Positions 1 to 8,540 of a DNA stretch of 32,000 nucleotides are shown here, piece after piece. The DNA is from Candidatus Arthromitus sp. SFB-mouse-Japan. Lineage in GTDB: Bacteria > Bacillota > Clostridia > Clostridiales > Clostridiaceae. The stretch lies in assembly GCF_000270205.1 (NCBI RefSeq), contig NC_015913.1:1070188-1102187 (forward strand), given 5' to 3'. The position numbers and the translations under genes are program-made. Below the pieces are notes generated by a model that worked only from the letters and a program-made list of their open reading frames with translations, did not search any database and was not told the origin of the DNA. Position 1 is the first letter of the stretch. Every line of letters starts with the position of its first letter.

Positions 1-21
1 CCAATTTTTAAAAATAAAGGA

Positions 22-1008
22 ATGGAATTCTCAAATAATTTCTATAAAATTTTATTTGAATATAATAATAACGCTAAATTACTTTTTAAAGAAAATAGCT
101 TAAAAAATGATGAGCAAATAAAAGATACGTCGTTTCTTTTTGTATCCATCTTTGAAAACGTAAACAACATTGATAAAATTATTCCTATTATAAAAGAATT
201 TGTAAATAAACATATGAACATAAATTCTAATATTAAAATAGACTCTTGTCAGATTATTAAAGAAGCTTTCTTATCATCTTTTAAGAAAACATTTAACGAA
301 ATTGCTACAAATGAACTTATAACTGCATATTCCGATATATATGACCTAATTTCTAGAGAATTATGTGATAAGAAAAATAATTCGGGATACAAAAATGAAC
401 ATGAATTCATTCAAGACCCTTGGGCAAGAATTACTACAAGAAATGGACTTGCTGGAGATGAGGTTATATCTTCACTTCAAAAGTGTATAAGACGTGGTCT
501 TGTTGAAGATGCTTGTAAATTTGCATATGAAATGTACATCACATCCCCACAAATGGAAGATAAACTTTGGAGAAGACTTGTTACTATAACTGTTGAGGAT
601 ATTGGTATGGGTGATGTTAATGCCCCAATATTAATAAACACATTAAACGAAATGAGAAAAAATTACGCATATGCTGACGGAGACAGACCAATATTTTTCA
701 TACATGCAATAAGATATTTATGTGCTTGTCAGAAAGATCGTTCAAGTGATCTACTTAAAAATATAGTTATAAAAAGTTTTGCTATGGGATTTATTCCTGA
801 GATTCCAGACTTTGCTTTAGATAAACACACTATAAGAGGTGCAAAAATGGGACGTGATTCATTCCACTTCTTAAACGAAGCAAGTAAAGTAATTCCCCAA
901 CTTCCAATAGACAATGACTATAAACAACGTTATGAAGAAATACTAAAGACCTATAATCCTGATAATGTTTGTAAATCAGCATTTAAATACAATCCTTGGC
1001 AAGAATAA
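22..1008 (+). CDS. MgsA_C-like helical-domain protein with no visible AAA+ module (5' end uncertain)
   Basis: The block GDEVISSLQKCIRRGLVEDACKFAYEMY...LWRRLVTITVEDIGMGDVNAPILIN...FFIHAIRYLCACQKDRSS follows the pattern of the C-terminal helical domain of MgsA/RarA/WRNIP1-type ATPases (SA.QKSIRGSD.DAALYW.ARM...ASEDIGLADP...). The preceding ~140 aa show no Walker A/B motif. AAGGA abuts the ATG with no spacer, and the frame is open back to nt 1, so the gene may start upstream of the window. Confidence 0.5.
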   Translation: MEFSNNFYKILFEYNNNAKLLFKENSLKNDEQIKDTSFLFVSIFENVNNIDKIIPIIKEFVNKHMNINSNIKIDSCQIIKEAFLSSFKKTFNEIATNELITAYSDIYDLISRELCDKKNNSGYKNEHEFIQDPWARITTRNGLAGDEVISSLQKCIRRGLVEDACKFAYEMYITSPQMEDKLWRRLVTITVEDIGMGDVNAPILINTLNEMRKNYAYADGDRPIFFIHAIRYLCACQKDRSSDLLKNIVIKSFAMGFIPEIPDFALDKHTIRGAKMGRDSFHFLNEASKVIPQLPIDNDYKQRYEEILKTYNPDNVCKSAFKYNPWQE

Positions 1009-1029
1009 TAGAACGAGAGGTTATAAAAA

Positions 1030-2325
1030 ATGAAATCAAGTTCAATGTTTGAAAAATTAGATAAAGCACTATCTCCTATAAGTACAAAAATAGCTAATCA
1101 ACGTCATTTAAGAGCCGTTTCAACGGGTATGATGTTAACATTACCTTTAATTGTAATTGGTTCACTGTTTCTTATAATAGCGAATCCTCCGGTAAACCCT
1201 GATATAATTGATCCTAATACTACAAATATATTTTTAAAATTCCTTCTTTTATGGAAATCATTTGCTGTACAAAATTATTCTCTAATCACTACGCCATACG
1301 ATATGACAATGGGACTTTTAGGACTTGCATCAGCATTCACAATTTCATACGCTTTGGCTAATGAATACAAAATGAAAAGCATAATGTCTGGTCTTATATC
1401 AATGTGTGTGTACTTTATGGTATCTGCAACAGTAATTGACGGAAATATATCAACAGCATTTTTAGGATCTGATGGATTATTTGTAGCCATAATTATTAGT
1501 CTTTTATCAGTCGAAATAACTAGATTAATAGAAAGAAAAGGATTCCAGATTAAAATGCCAGATAGCGTTCCCCCTGCAGTAACATCATTTATAAATTCAA
1601 TGTTCCCACTACTCGCAAACATTTTAATAATCTATGGCATAAATGTAATAATAAAAGTAAATTTTGATATGTCAATACCTCAAGCCATAATGTCTATATT
1701 AAACCCTGCTCTTTCTGTTGTTGACAATTTATGGGGATTCCTATTAATTATGACATTTGGTAATTTATTATGGATTATTGGCGTTAATGGTACATCAATA
1801 ATATTCCCAATCGTATTCACTCTTGGGATAACTAATACTGGATTAAATGCCGATTTAATTGCATCTGGTCAAGCTCCAAATTTTTTAATGAACTTACAAA
1901 TGTTTAGGGTCACAGTACTTGGTGGAGCTGGGAATACATTAGGACTTGTAATTTTAATGTTATGGAGTAAATCTGTTCATTTAAAATCCCTAGGTAAACT
2001 CTCTATTATTCCAGGAATATGCGGAATCAATGAACCTATAATTTTTGGTGGACCAATCGTATTTAATGCAATATTAGCAATACCATTTTTATTAACTCCA
2101 ATAATAACGGTAAGTATGACATATTTTGCACAGAAAATTGGATTAATAGGACTTGGATATTTAGTTGATCCATCATTTACTCCTTTCTTTGCTCAAGCTT
2201 ATTTATCATCATTAGACTTTAGAAATGTTATATTTTCATTCTTTTTAGTTCTTGTAAGTCTTGTCATATATTATCCCTTTTTCAAAGTTTACGAGAAAAA
2301 CACACTAATCAAGGAAGCTAAATAA
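1030..2325 (+). CDS. PTS sugar transporter subunit EIIC, lactose/cellobiose family
   Basis: The N-terminus MFEKLDKALSPISTKIANQRHLRAVSTGMMLTLPLIVIGSLFLII is the typical opening of cellobiose/lactose-type EIIC permeases. The 431 aa are hydrophobic throughout, with about 10 helices. A GAGAGG RBS lies ~9 nt upstream. The 21-nt gap to the previous ORF suggests co-transcription. No EIIA/EIIB gene is in the window. Confidence 0.85.
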   Translation: MKSSSMFEKLDKALSPISTKIANQRHLRAVSTGMMLTLPLIVIGSLFLIIANPPVNPDIIDPNTTNIFLKFLLLWKSFAVQNYSLITTPYDMTMGLLGLASAFTISYALANEYKMKSIMSGLISMCVYFMVSATVIDGNISTAFLGSDGLFVAIIISLLSVEITRLIERKGFQIKMPDSVPPAVTSFINSMFPLLANILIIYGINVIIKVNFDMSIPQAIMSILNPALSVVDNLWGFLLIMTFGNLLWIIGVNGTSIIFPIVFTLGITNTGLNADLIASGQAPNFLMNLQMFRVTVLGGAGNTLGLVILMLWSKSVHLKSLGKLSIIPGICGINEPIIFGGPIVFNAILAIPFLLTPIITVSMTYFAQKIGLIGLGYLVDPSFTPFFAQAYLSSLDFRNVIFSFFLVLVSLVIYYPFFKVYEKNTLIKEAK

Positions 2326-2333
2326 AAACAATT

Positions 2334-2362
2334 AAAGGTATAGCAGTTTTAGCTATACCTTT
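2334..2362. terminator. Bidirectional intrinsic terminator between convergent genes
   Basis: Perfect 11-bp stem aaaggtatagc (2334-2344) / gctataccttt (2352-2362) with a 7-nt loop. T-rich sequence follows on both strands. It lies between the PTS EIIC stop (2325) and the hydrolase stop (2368). Confidence 0.6.
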
Positions 2363-2367
2363 AATAA

Positions 2368-3363
2368 TTAATTTATGAAACTAATATCTTGATCTTTTGG
2401 AATCTCTATATATTTAATTTTTGTATTATTAAGTTCTTTTTTAAGATCAATACAAGAAATTCTTCTATTAGTTGTTAAAGAGAAATAATATTTCAGGCTT
2501 TCAGAGCACATTATATCTATACTTTGTGTGAACTCAAAATCTGATCCCTTATCTGTTTGAAGCCCAACTATTCCTTCTGCCATATAAACTGTTGAAAACA
2601 TATTAAACATTCTTGTTACTCCATCAAGCTCATCATTCCCCTTAGGAGAAAAATTTTTAGTAAGAGCAACTCTTATAAAACGATCAGTTGAAGCATATCC
2701 TCCTGGGAATCTTAACCCCCACACACCAAAAGCCTTAAACTCTTTTCCACATATAGTATCTTGTTTTACTCCAAGTGGTGATTGCCCCAAATAATTCCTA
2801 ATATTTTGTTCATGCCATTCATAGTTAGGACTATTTGTCATAACACCTATAGTATTTCTATGTACAGTAACTCCTCCTTCATTAGGTTCAACAATTATCG
2901 CCTCACCTGTAGAATCAAAAAATATAAAATGAACTCTTATTTCATTCCCAAATACCTTCTCACTACTAAAGTTTATTGCTTTAGCCTCTCTCTCTACCTC
3001 ATCTAAAGTTTTACAAGTAGACAACATATAGGTAACTATAAATGACGGATTAACACTAACACTATAATTATCATTTGTATCATAACAAGCAAAACCTGGA
3101 TAATTTAGAAGTGCACCCATAAGTCCATGTTCATTGATTCCATCAACAAGAAATGGTGTATCTAGACCGTTTATATTCATTCCTGTTACTACATATTCTG
3201 ATTTCACCATACTCTTAGTTTCAATAAGTGTACTAAACTCATAATTCCTTGGAATAACAACGAATGAATTACTATCTAAATTCCCAAAATAATCATAAGT
3301 TCTTCCGAGCAAATGTTTCCCGTCAATTGTCTGCCATGAAAAACTACTACAACCAATATTCAT
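2368..3363 (-). CDS. Choloylglycine hydrolase family Ntn-hydrolase (bile salt hydrolase / penicillin V acylase type)
   Basis: Family blocks are visible: nucleophile Cys near the N-terminus (MNIGCSSFSW), LLGRTYDYF (Arg/Asp block), VMTNSPNYEWH (the L-T-N-x-P block) and GLRFPGGYASTDRFIRV (the G-L-P-G-D..S..R-F block). The ORF track starts at a TTG (3375). I prefer the ATG at 3363, which would leave a 3-residue propeptide before the Cys. Confidence 0.8.
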   Translation of the reverse strand: MNIGCSSFSWQTIDGKHLLGRTYDYFGNLDSNSFVVIPRNYEFSTLIETKSMVKSEYVVTGMNINGLDTPFLVDGINEHGLMGALLNYPGFACYDTNDNYSVSVNPSFIVTYMLSTCKTLDEVEREAKAINFSSEKVFGNEIRVHFIFFDSTGEAIIVEPNEGGVTVHRNTIGVMTNSPNYEWHEQNIRNYLGQSPLGVKQDTICGKEFKAFGVWGLRFPGGYASTDRFIRVALTKNFSPKGNDELDGVTRMFNMFSTVYMAEGIVGLQTDKGSDFEFTQSIDIMCSESLKYYFSLTTNRRISCIDLKKELNNTKIKYIEIPKDQDISFIN

Positions 3364-3524
3364 ATCGATTACCAACCTTCAAATTTTATAATAATTTATT
3401 ATACTCTTAATTTTAAGAATTAGCCAAAACACTCAAAAATTTTTTAGAGTATTTAATTCAAATATTGCAAACAATAATTATGTTTAATGATTTTTTACAT
3501 TGCAAATTATCAGGAGTGAAATTA

Positions 3525-5135
3525 ATGAAAAATATAGAAAATAATAATTTATTTCCAATAAGTTTATTAATAGATCGAATCATTTCTAAATTTAACCCCA
3601 CAAATTGCAACAACTTACATATAGTTTATTCTCTTGTATTTGATAATCAAGATCCTATTTATTTGGAAGTTAAAGATGGATTTTGTAAACTTTTAGATCA
3701 TATCCCTTCACACATAAATACGACAATCAAAACAACTCACGCAATTTGGCAAAAAATTTGCTTAAATGAAGCATCACTACAACACGCATTAGAAGAAAAT
3801 CTAGTTAAATGTGATGGAGAAATCAAAAATTATATGTTGCTATGCAACTTACTCAATAAAGATTTACCTGATGATATCAAAAACTCTAATGCATTCTCAA
3901 TTACTAAAACAACAACTGAAGAAATCAGTACAGAAAATAAAGAATTGCTACCACACCCAAATACCATAACGAAAATTGAAACTCCTTCAAATATCATAAC
4001 TATAACAGAAACTCAAAATCCTGAAGTCAAAATAAATGGATCTACCCCTATAGATAACACAGCAATAGCAAACTTAGATAATTTAAAAAATAAGAACGTG
4101 GAAATACAAGATAAGAAAGTTCACAAACGTCAAAAAAAGAAGAAAGAAGAAAAGAAATGCAAGAAAATTATTGTCAAAGAAAATAAAAAACCTCAAAAAA
4201 TAAAAGCTCCTAAACCACCAAAAGTTAAAAATAAATATAAAAATTTTATTTCAGCTAATTCCCTATTAAGTGTAATGGTAGCCAACTTCAACCCTACACA
4301 ATCAAATAATCTAAATCTATCATATAAATTTATATTTGAAAATTCAAAACCAATTTATCTTGAAATTAAAAATAAAACCGCAAAATTACGTCATCGATTT
4401 AATGAGGAAGTAAACACTACAATAACATCAACTTATAAAACATGGTATGAAATTATTTTTAAGGATTTAAAAATTGAAACTGCATTATTAGATGGAAAAA
4501 TTAAATGCGATGGGGAAGTCAAAAATTTAAAAATTTTACGTGAATTATTTAAAACTAATAGTGAAAACAAACAACTAAAAACAACAAATTTAAATCTCAA
4601 TCCTATTATTTGGTTTGTACTCGCTATAATACCATGGTTATTTTACTGGATAGGTATAGATACTTTTAATTCACTAATTACTTCTACATTTGCAATACTA
4701 TACACTACAATTTTTGTAACATTTATAAAACCCTCAAAGTTTAGAAAAATTACAAAACTTGAAGCATTAACATTAATTGTCTTTCCATTTTACAATCTAT
4801 TTAATGTATTAAATCCAGTAGTATTTAATGAAATAGTCTCATCTTTTTTTCTTAACATAATACTAATTTTGATGTTCTTTATGAGTTCAGGATGTGAAAT
4901 ATCAGCTATGTCAGAATATTCTGAAATTTCATACAATTCTACAATTTCTGAAACACTGTTATTTAAGATTATAAATAAAAATTTAACAATATTATGGTCA
5001 ATTATATTTACAATTAGATTTATTTTATCCTTGATTTTAGAAACACCTCTATATAATGTATCTTATATATTTATTATATTAGGAATAATTATTTCATGGA
5101 TATATTTAAAATTAAAACTTAATATTAAGGACTAA
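3525..5135 (+). CDS. Membrane protein with two SCP2 (sterol-carrier-like) domains, a Lys-rich linker and a C-terminal multi-pass membrane domain
   Basis: There are two internally homologous ~100-aa segments: LLIDRIISKFNPTNCNNLHIVYSLVFDNQDPIYLEVKDGFCKL...VKCDGEIKNYMLLCNLL and LLSVMVANFNPTQSNNLNLSYKFIFENSKPIYLEIKNKTAKL...IKCDGEVKNLKILRELF. Both have the SCP2-domain pattern (..w.l.lk.g...; G.l...A...Gk.k..Gd......L). They are separated by a KKKKEEKKCKK...KAPKPPKVKNK linker and followed by ~6 hydrophobic helices. I prefer the ATG at 3525 (AGGAGTG RBS, 7-nt spacer) over the track start at 3465. Confidence 0.6.
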   Translation: MKNIENNNLFPISLLIDRIISKFNPTNCNNLHIVYSLVFDNQDPIYLEVKDGFCKLLDHIPSHINTTIKTTHAIWQKICLNEASLQHALEENLVKCDGEIKNYMLLCNLLNKDLPDDIKNSNAFSITKTTTEEISTENKELLPHPNTITKIETPSNIITITETQNPEVKINGSTPIDNTAIANLDNLKNKNVEIQDKKVHKRQKKKKEEKKCKKIIVKENKKPQKIKAPKPPKVKNKYKNFISANSLLSVMVANFNPTQSNNLNLSYKFIFENSKPIYLEIKNKTAKLRHRFNEEVNTTITSTYKTWYEIIFKDLKIETALLDGKIKCDGEVKNLKILRELFKTNSENKQLKTTNLNLNPIIWFVLAIIPWLFYWIGIDTFNSLITSTFAILYTTIFVTFIKPSKFRKITKLEALTLIVFPFYNLFNVLNPVVFNEIVSSFFLNIILILMFFMSSGCEISAMSEYSEISYNSTISETLLFKIINKNLTILWSIIFTIRFILSLILETPLYNVSYIFIILGIIISWIYLKLKLNIKD

Positions 5136-5165
5136 AATATATTAATATTTTAGTCCTTTTTTATT
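5127..5165 (+). terminator. Intrinsic terminator of the SCP2 membrane-protein gene
   Basis: Perfect 14-bp stem aaggactaaaatat (5127-5140) / atattttagtcctt (5145-5158) with a 4-nt loop, followed by a T run. The stem includes the stop codon. Confidence 0.75.
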
Positions 5166-5189
5166 TACATTTAGTTTTATTTTTTAATA

Positions 5190-5218
5190 TTGACGTAATG
5201 TTAATTATTTTTTATACT
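5190..5218 (+). promoter_or_regulatory. Sigma-A-type promoter candidate for the DAACS symporter gene
   Basis: TTGACG (5190-5195), a 17-nt spacer, then TATACT (5213-5218), about 105 nt upstream of the ATG at 5325. Sequence match only. Confidence 0.5.
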
Positions 5219-5324
5219 ATTCCTGCAGTCACATTTTTGCATAAAACCAAAAAGTATTACAAAAAAAATATCACATAGTAATAAAAAATATTAAATTTTT
5301 CTAAAGGGTTGGTGATTTATTTCA

Positions 5325-6716
5325 ATGGAAAATTCATTTCTGAGTGGATTTTTAATGGTAAGCAATCCTTTAACGCTTACATTTTTAGTTTCATTAATAC
5401 TATTGTTTGGCATCATGGTATTCTTGAAGAAAAAACATATAAGCTTTTCAATCAGAACAATAATAGGGACAATTATCGGTATTTTATTGGGTGTGGTAAT
5501 CCAGTTAGTATCTAGAACTCCTGAGAATCCACTAGATATTACTTGGATTAATGAAACAACAAAATGGTATTCACTATTTGGTAATGGATTTATCGATTTG
5601 ATAAGAATGATTGTTATTCCTCTAATTGTTATATCAATTATTCATGTTATTATTTCAATTAAAAATTCATCAAATATAAAAAACCTCACATCAAAAACCA
5701 TTTTCGGATTTATTGTAAATGTTCTTATAGCATCCATTATAGGTATAGTAGTTGCCCAATTGTTCAAATTAGGAATATCAGGAAATGTAGTTTCTTCATC
5801 TGTAAAGATAAAAGAAGTTAAAAATTTCGTTGATATACTAAGAAATTTAATTCCAAAAAATCCAATTGAAGCAATGGTTAATACAAATATAATTGCTGTT
5901 GTAATTTTTTCTGCATTTGTTGGGATTGCAACCAAAAAGATGGCTTCAATTTATAAAACTCAAATCAGTACTTTTGTTAATTTAATTGATGCTCTTCATA
6001 AAATAATAGTTAGTATTGCAATGTCAATAATAAGTCTAATACCTTACGCAGTTATTCCACTAATGGCGAATTCAATTGCACAACGAGGTTTAAAATCAAT
6101 TTTAGAAGTTTTGACATTTATAGTAGCTATGTATGTTGCAATGGCCATAATGTTTGTGGTTCATTTGATAGCCTTATCGATATTTGGATTAAATCCGATT
6201 ATCTATTTAAAAAAATCTATCGCTCCTCTGTTCCTTGCATTCACTTCAAGATCTAGCCTAGGAACGCTACCTGTTGCCGTTGAATCTTTAACAGATTCTA
6301 TGGGTGCTACTGACTCAACTTCCGCCTTTGTTATGGGGCTTGGTTCTACAGCAGGACAGGCTGGTTGTGCCGGAGTGTTTGGTGCAATGGTTATCATTAC
6401 TATAGCAAATATGAGTTCTACACCAATGACATTTTCATTTTATTTAATGTCGGTTTTAGTTGTAACTATAAGCTCATTTGGTATTGCAGGTATCCCTGGT
6501 GGTGGACATACTGTTGCCTCATCAGTTTTATCTGGTACGGGATTAGCTCCATATTTTGAACTTGTTGGACCAATATTAGCTGTTGATCCTATAATAGATA
6601 TGGGGAGAACACTTTTAAATATAAACGGTGCTATGACCATATCACTAATTGTTGATAAATCATTAAATCAACTAGATATAGAAAAGTTTAACAATGAGAG
6701 TCTAAAAATAAATTAA
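5325..6716 (+). CDS. Dicarboxylate/amino acid:cation symporter (DAACS/SDF family); substrate not assignable
   Basis: 463-aa polytopic protein. AFTSRSSLGTLPVAVE matches the S-S-x-A-T-L-P re-entrant hairpin block, GIAGIPGGG the second hairpin, and VDPIIDMGRTLLNINGAM the D-x-x-R-T-x-x-N-x-x-G block of GltP/SstT/TcyP-type carriers. Confidence 0.85.
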   Translation: MENSFLSGFLMVSNPLTLTFLVSLILLFGIMVFLKKKHISFSIRTIIGTIIGILLGVVIQLVSRTPENPLDITWINETTKWYSLFGNGFIDLIRMIVIPLIVISIIHVIISIKNSSNIKNLTSKTIFGFIVNVLIASIIGIVVAQLFKLGISGNVVSSSVKIKEVKNFVDILRNLIPKNPIEAMVNTNIIAVVIFSAFVGIATKKMASIYKTQISTFVNLIDALHKIIVSIAMSIISLIPYAVIPLMANSIAQRGLKSILEVLTFIVAMYVAMAIMFVVHLIALSIFGLNPIIYLKKSIAPLFLAFTSRSSLGTLPVAVESLTDSMGATDSTSAFVMGLGSTAGQAGCAGVFGAMVIITIANMSSTPMTFSFYLMSVLVVTISSFGIAGIPGGGHTVASSVLSGTGLAPYFELVGPILAVDPIIDMGRTLLNINGAMTISLIVDKSLNQLDIEKFNNESLKIN

Positions 6717-6756
6717 ACACTTTGTAAAAATAAAACATAAAACAATCCAAAAATGA

Positions 6757-6782
6757 CGGGTATAGATTTTTATCTATACCCG
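6757..6782. terminator. Intrinsic terminator between convergent symporter and sigF genes
   Basis: Stem cgggtatagat (6757-6767) / atctatacccg (6772-6782) with a tttt loop. On the minus strand it is followed by TCATTTTTGG, a better fit as the sigF operon terminator. The T tract on the plus strand is weaker (CTTTG). Confidence 0.6.
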
Positions 6783-6817
6783 CTTTGAAAATATAAAAAT
6801 CTTCTAACATTCAAAAA

Positions 6818-7579
6818 TTAATACTCTTTCAAAATTCCTTTTAGCTTTGCTAATACCCTTTTTTCAATACGAGAAACCTGTACCTGACTAATTCCAAGTA
6901 CAGATGCTACTTGAATTTGTGTCTTATCTTTAAAATATCTAAGCATTATAATTTGCCTACTTTTTTCATCAAGTTTACTTATCATTTCTTTTAACACGAG
7001 CCTATTTAAAATAATTGAATCATCAGAAACTTTTTCTTCAATTTTATCGATCAAAAGAATTGGTGATCCGTCGTCTTGATGTACAGTATCGTATAAATAC
7101 TGCGTACTTGAACAAGAATCTATAGCCAAAATTATATCATCAACACTTAATTTAGTATATTCAGCCAATTCATAAACCGTTGGTTCTCTATTCAATTCTT
7201 TTGTAAGCTCATCACGCTTAAACATTATTTTTCTTGATATCCCTTTTACATTTCTACTAATTTTAACGATTCCATCATCTCTCAAAAACCTTTTTATTTC
7301 ACCCAAAATCATAGGAACCGCATAAGTAGAGAATTTAACATTATAATCGCTATTAAAATTTTTAATAGCTTTAATAAGTCCAAGTGCTCCAACTTGGTAA
7401 ATATCATCATAATCATATCCCCTACCTAAAAATTTTTTACTTAGTGATGCAACTAATGGTAAATTAATTTCCAAGAGCAAATCTTCAGCTTTTTTATCTC
7501 CATCTTTAACTCTCTTTAAGAGCTCATCATTTTCATAATGACGTAAAGTATTACTGGAGACTGCATTTTCATGTGCCAT
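6818..7579 (-). CDS. sigF: Sporulation forespore sigma factor SigF
   Basis: 253-aa sigma-70 family protein. Region 2 is YDDIYQVGALGLIKAIKNFNSDYNVKFSTYAVPMILGEIKRFLRDDG and the region 4 HTH is TQIQVASVLGISQVQVSRIEKRVL. It is the third gene after spoIIAA and spoIIAB, the canonical spoIIA operon order. An AAGGTGAG RBS overlaps the end of spoIIAB. Confidence 0.9.
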   Translation of the reverse strand: MAHENAVSSNTLRHYENDELLKRVKDGDKKAEDLLLEINLPLVASLSKKFLGRGYDYDDIYQVGALGLIKAIKNFNSDYNVKFSTYAVPMILGEIKRFLRDDGIVKISRNVKGISRKIMFKRDELTKELNREPTVYELAEYTKLSVDDIILAIDSCSSTQYLYDTVHQDDGSPILLIDKIEEKVSDDSIILNRLVLKEMISKLDEKSRQIIMLRYFKDKTQIQVASVLGISQVQVSRIEKRVLAKLKGILKEY

Positions 7580-7591
7580 TATACACTCACC

Positions 7592-8038
7592 TTACTTTTT
7601 TATATACTTTACCATTCTAATATGAGTTCCTTTATCCTTGCCACTCTCCACATATAATTCATCCATAAAGCTTTCCATCACAGAAAATCCCATACCTGAA
7701 CGCTCAAGATCAGGTCTTGATGTATACAAAGGCTCTCTTGCCTGAACAATATCATCAATTCCACATCCATGGTCTATAACACTTATTATAACTTTGTATT
7801 TGTCATTTTCATTTTCTTCTTCATCTTCGATACTAACATTAATAATCACATTAGTACTTTTATCTTCATTATAGCCATGTATTATAGCATTAGTAACAGC
7901 TTCTGATACTGCAGTTTTAACATCACTAATCTCTTCGAGCGTTGGGTCCAATTGAGCAATAAACGCAGCAACAGCAACCCTAGCAAAACTTTCATTGCTA
8001 GATCTACTGCTTAAAGTTAAACTCATAGTATTTTGCAT
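7592..8038 (-). CDS. spoIIAB: Anti-sigma F factor (serine protein kinase) SpoIIAB
   Basis: GHKL kinase boxes are present: [11 protein letters not shown] (N box), DHGCGI (G1) and GMGFSVM (G2). The ATG at 8038 is preceded by AGGGGGA with a 5-nt spacer. The track start at 8056 would overlap spoIIAA and lacks an RBS. Confidence 0.9.
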   Translation of the reverse strand: MQNTMSLTLSSRSSNESFARVAVAAFIAQLDPTLEEISDVKTAVSEAVTNAIIHGYNEDKSTNVIINVSIEDEEENENDKYKVIISVIDHGCGIDDIVQAREPLYTSRPDLERSGMGFSVMESFMDELYVESGKDKGTHIRMVKYIKK

Positions 8039-8048
8039 ACAAATCCCC

Positions 8049-8393
8049 CTAAGCATTATTCATAACCTCTGTCAAATCACTATGTATTTTCACAATCTTA
8101 CTAATACCCGACAATTCAATAACTTTTTTGATCGTTTTATTCAAATTAATTAAAAACACTTGTCCATTCTTAGCTGTTATTTTCTTATGTCTTCCGATTA
8201 TTATTCCAATACCTGAACTATCCATAAACGAAACGTTTTTAAAATCAAAAACTAAATTTTTAGAAGTGGACGTATCTATGTAGTAATCTATTTTTATCCT
8301 TATGTATTCAGCCGAATGATGATCTAATTCTCCATTAAGATAAGCTACAATGGTATTATTTTGTTCTTCACAAAAAACTTCCAAAAAAAACAT
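8049..8393 (-). CDS. spoIIAA: Anti-sigma F factor antagonist SpoIIAA (STAS domain)
   Basis: [18 protein letters not shown] matches the SpoIIAA L-x-G-E-L-D-H-H-x-A-E block, and [13 protein letters not shown] contains the phosphorylatable Ser of the DSSG motif. It is the first gene of the three-gene operon. AAGGA abuts the ATG, so the TTG at 8384 is a possible alternative start. Confidence 0.85.
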   Translation of the reverse strand: MFFLEVFCEEQNNTIVAYLNGELDHHSAEYIRIKIDYYIDTSTSKNLVFDFKNVSFMDSSGIGIIIGRHKKITAKNGQVFLINLNKTIKKVIELSGISKIVKIHSDLTEVMNNA

Positions 8394-8496
8394 CCTTTCT
8401 AAAAAACGAATTTGGGATATCTTGAATATGTAAAAATTTTACAATATTATAATAATAAATTCAACATAAAAATATAAATATTTTCTATATTATAAT

Positions 8497-8533
8497 AAAA
8501 AAATTTCAGTACACAAAATTTTATGTACTGAAA
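8497..8533 (-). terminator. Intrinsic terminator of the 8541..9203 gene
   Basis: 10-bp stem tttcagtaca (8504-8513) / tgtactgaaa (8524-8533). On the minus strand it is followed by a run of 7 T (plus-strand A run 8497-8503). It lies 8 nt after the stop codon. Confidence 0.7.
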
Positions 8534-8540
8534 ACTTCTA

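Noticed and set aside
3465-3524. Longer N-terminal extensions proposed by the ORF track (3465 for the SCP2 protein, 8056 for spoIIAB, 30365 for the PLP enzyme, 3375 for the hydrolase)
   Set aside because: Each extension begins without an RBS, and three of the four at a TTG codon (8056 is an ATG). An internal ATG with a well-spaced GGAGG-like RBS follows within 4-20 codons. For spoIIAB the extension would also overlap spoIIAA.
5309-5515. 68-aa ORF overlapping the start of the DAACS symporter gene in another frame
   Set aside because: It has a non-ATG start and no independent RBS, and it overlaps the first TM helices of the symporter frame, which is the conserved one.
729-6640. Nested ORFs 729-914, 1275-1622, 2782-3006, 5642-5935, 6203-6397, 6365-6559 and 6440-6640; also 29228-29431 and 29623-29862
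   Set aside because: Each lies wholly inside a longer ORF that has clear family motifs (PTS EIIC, hydrolase, DAACS, PLP enzyme). None has a ribosome-binding site or a recognisable domain.
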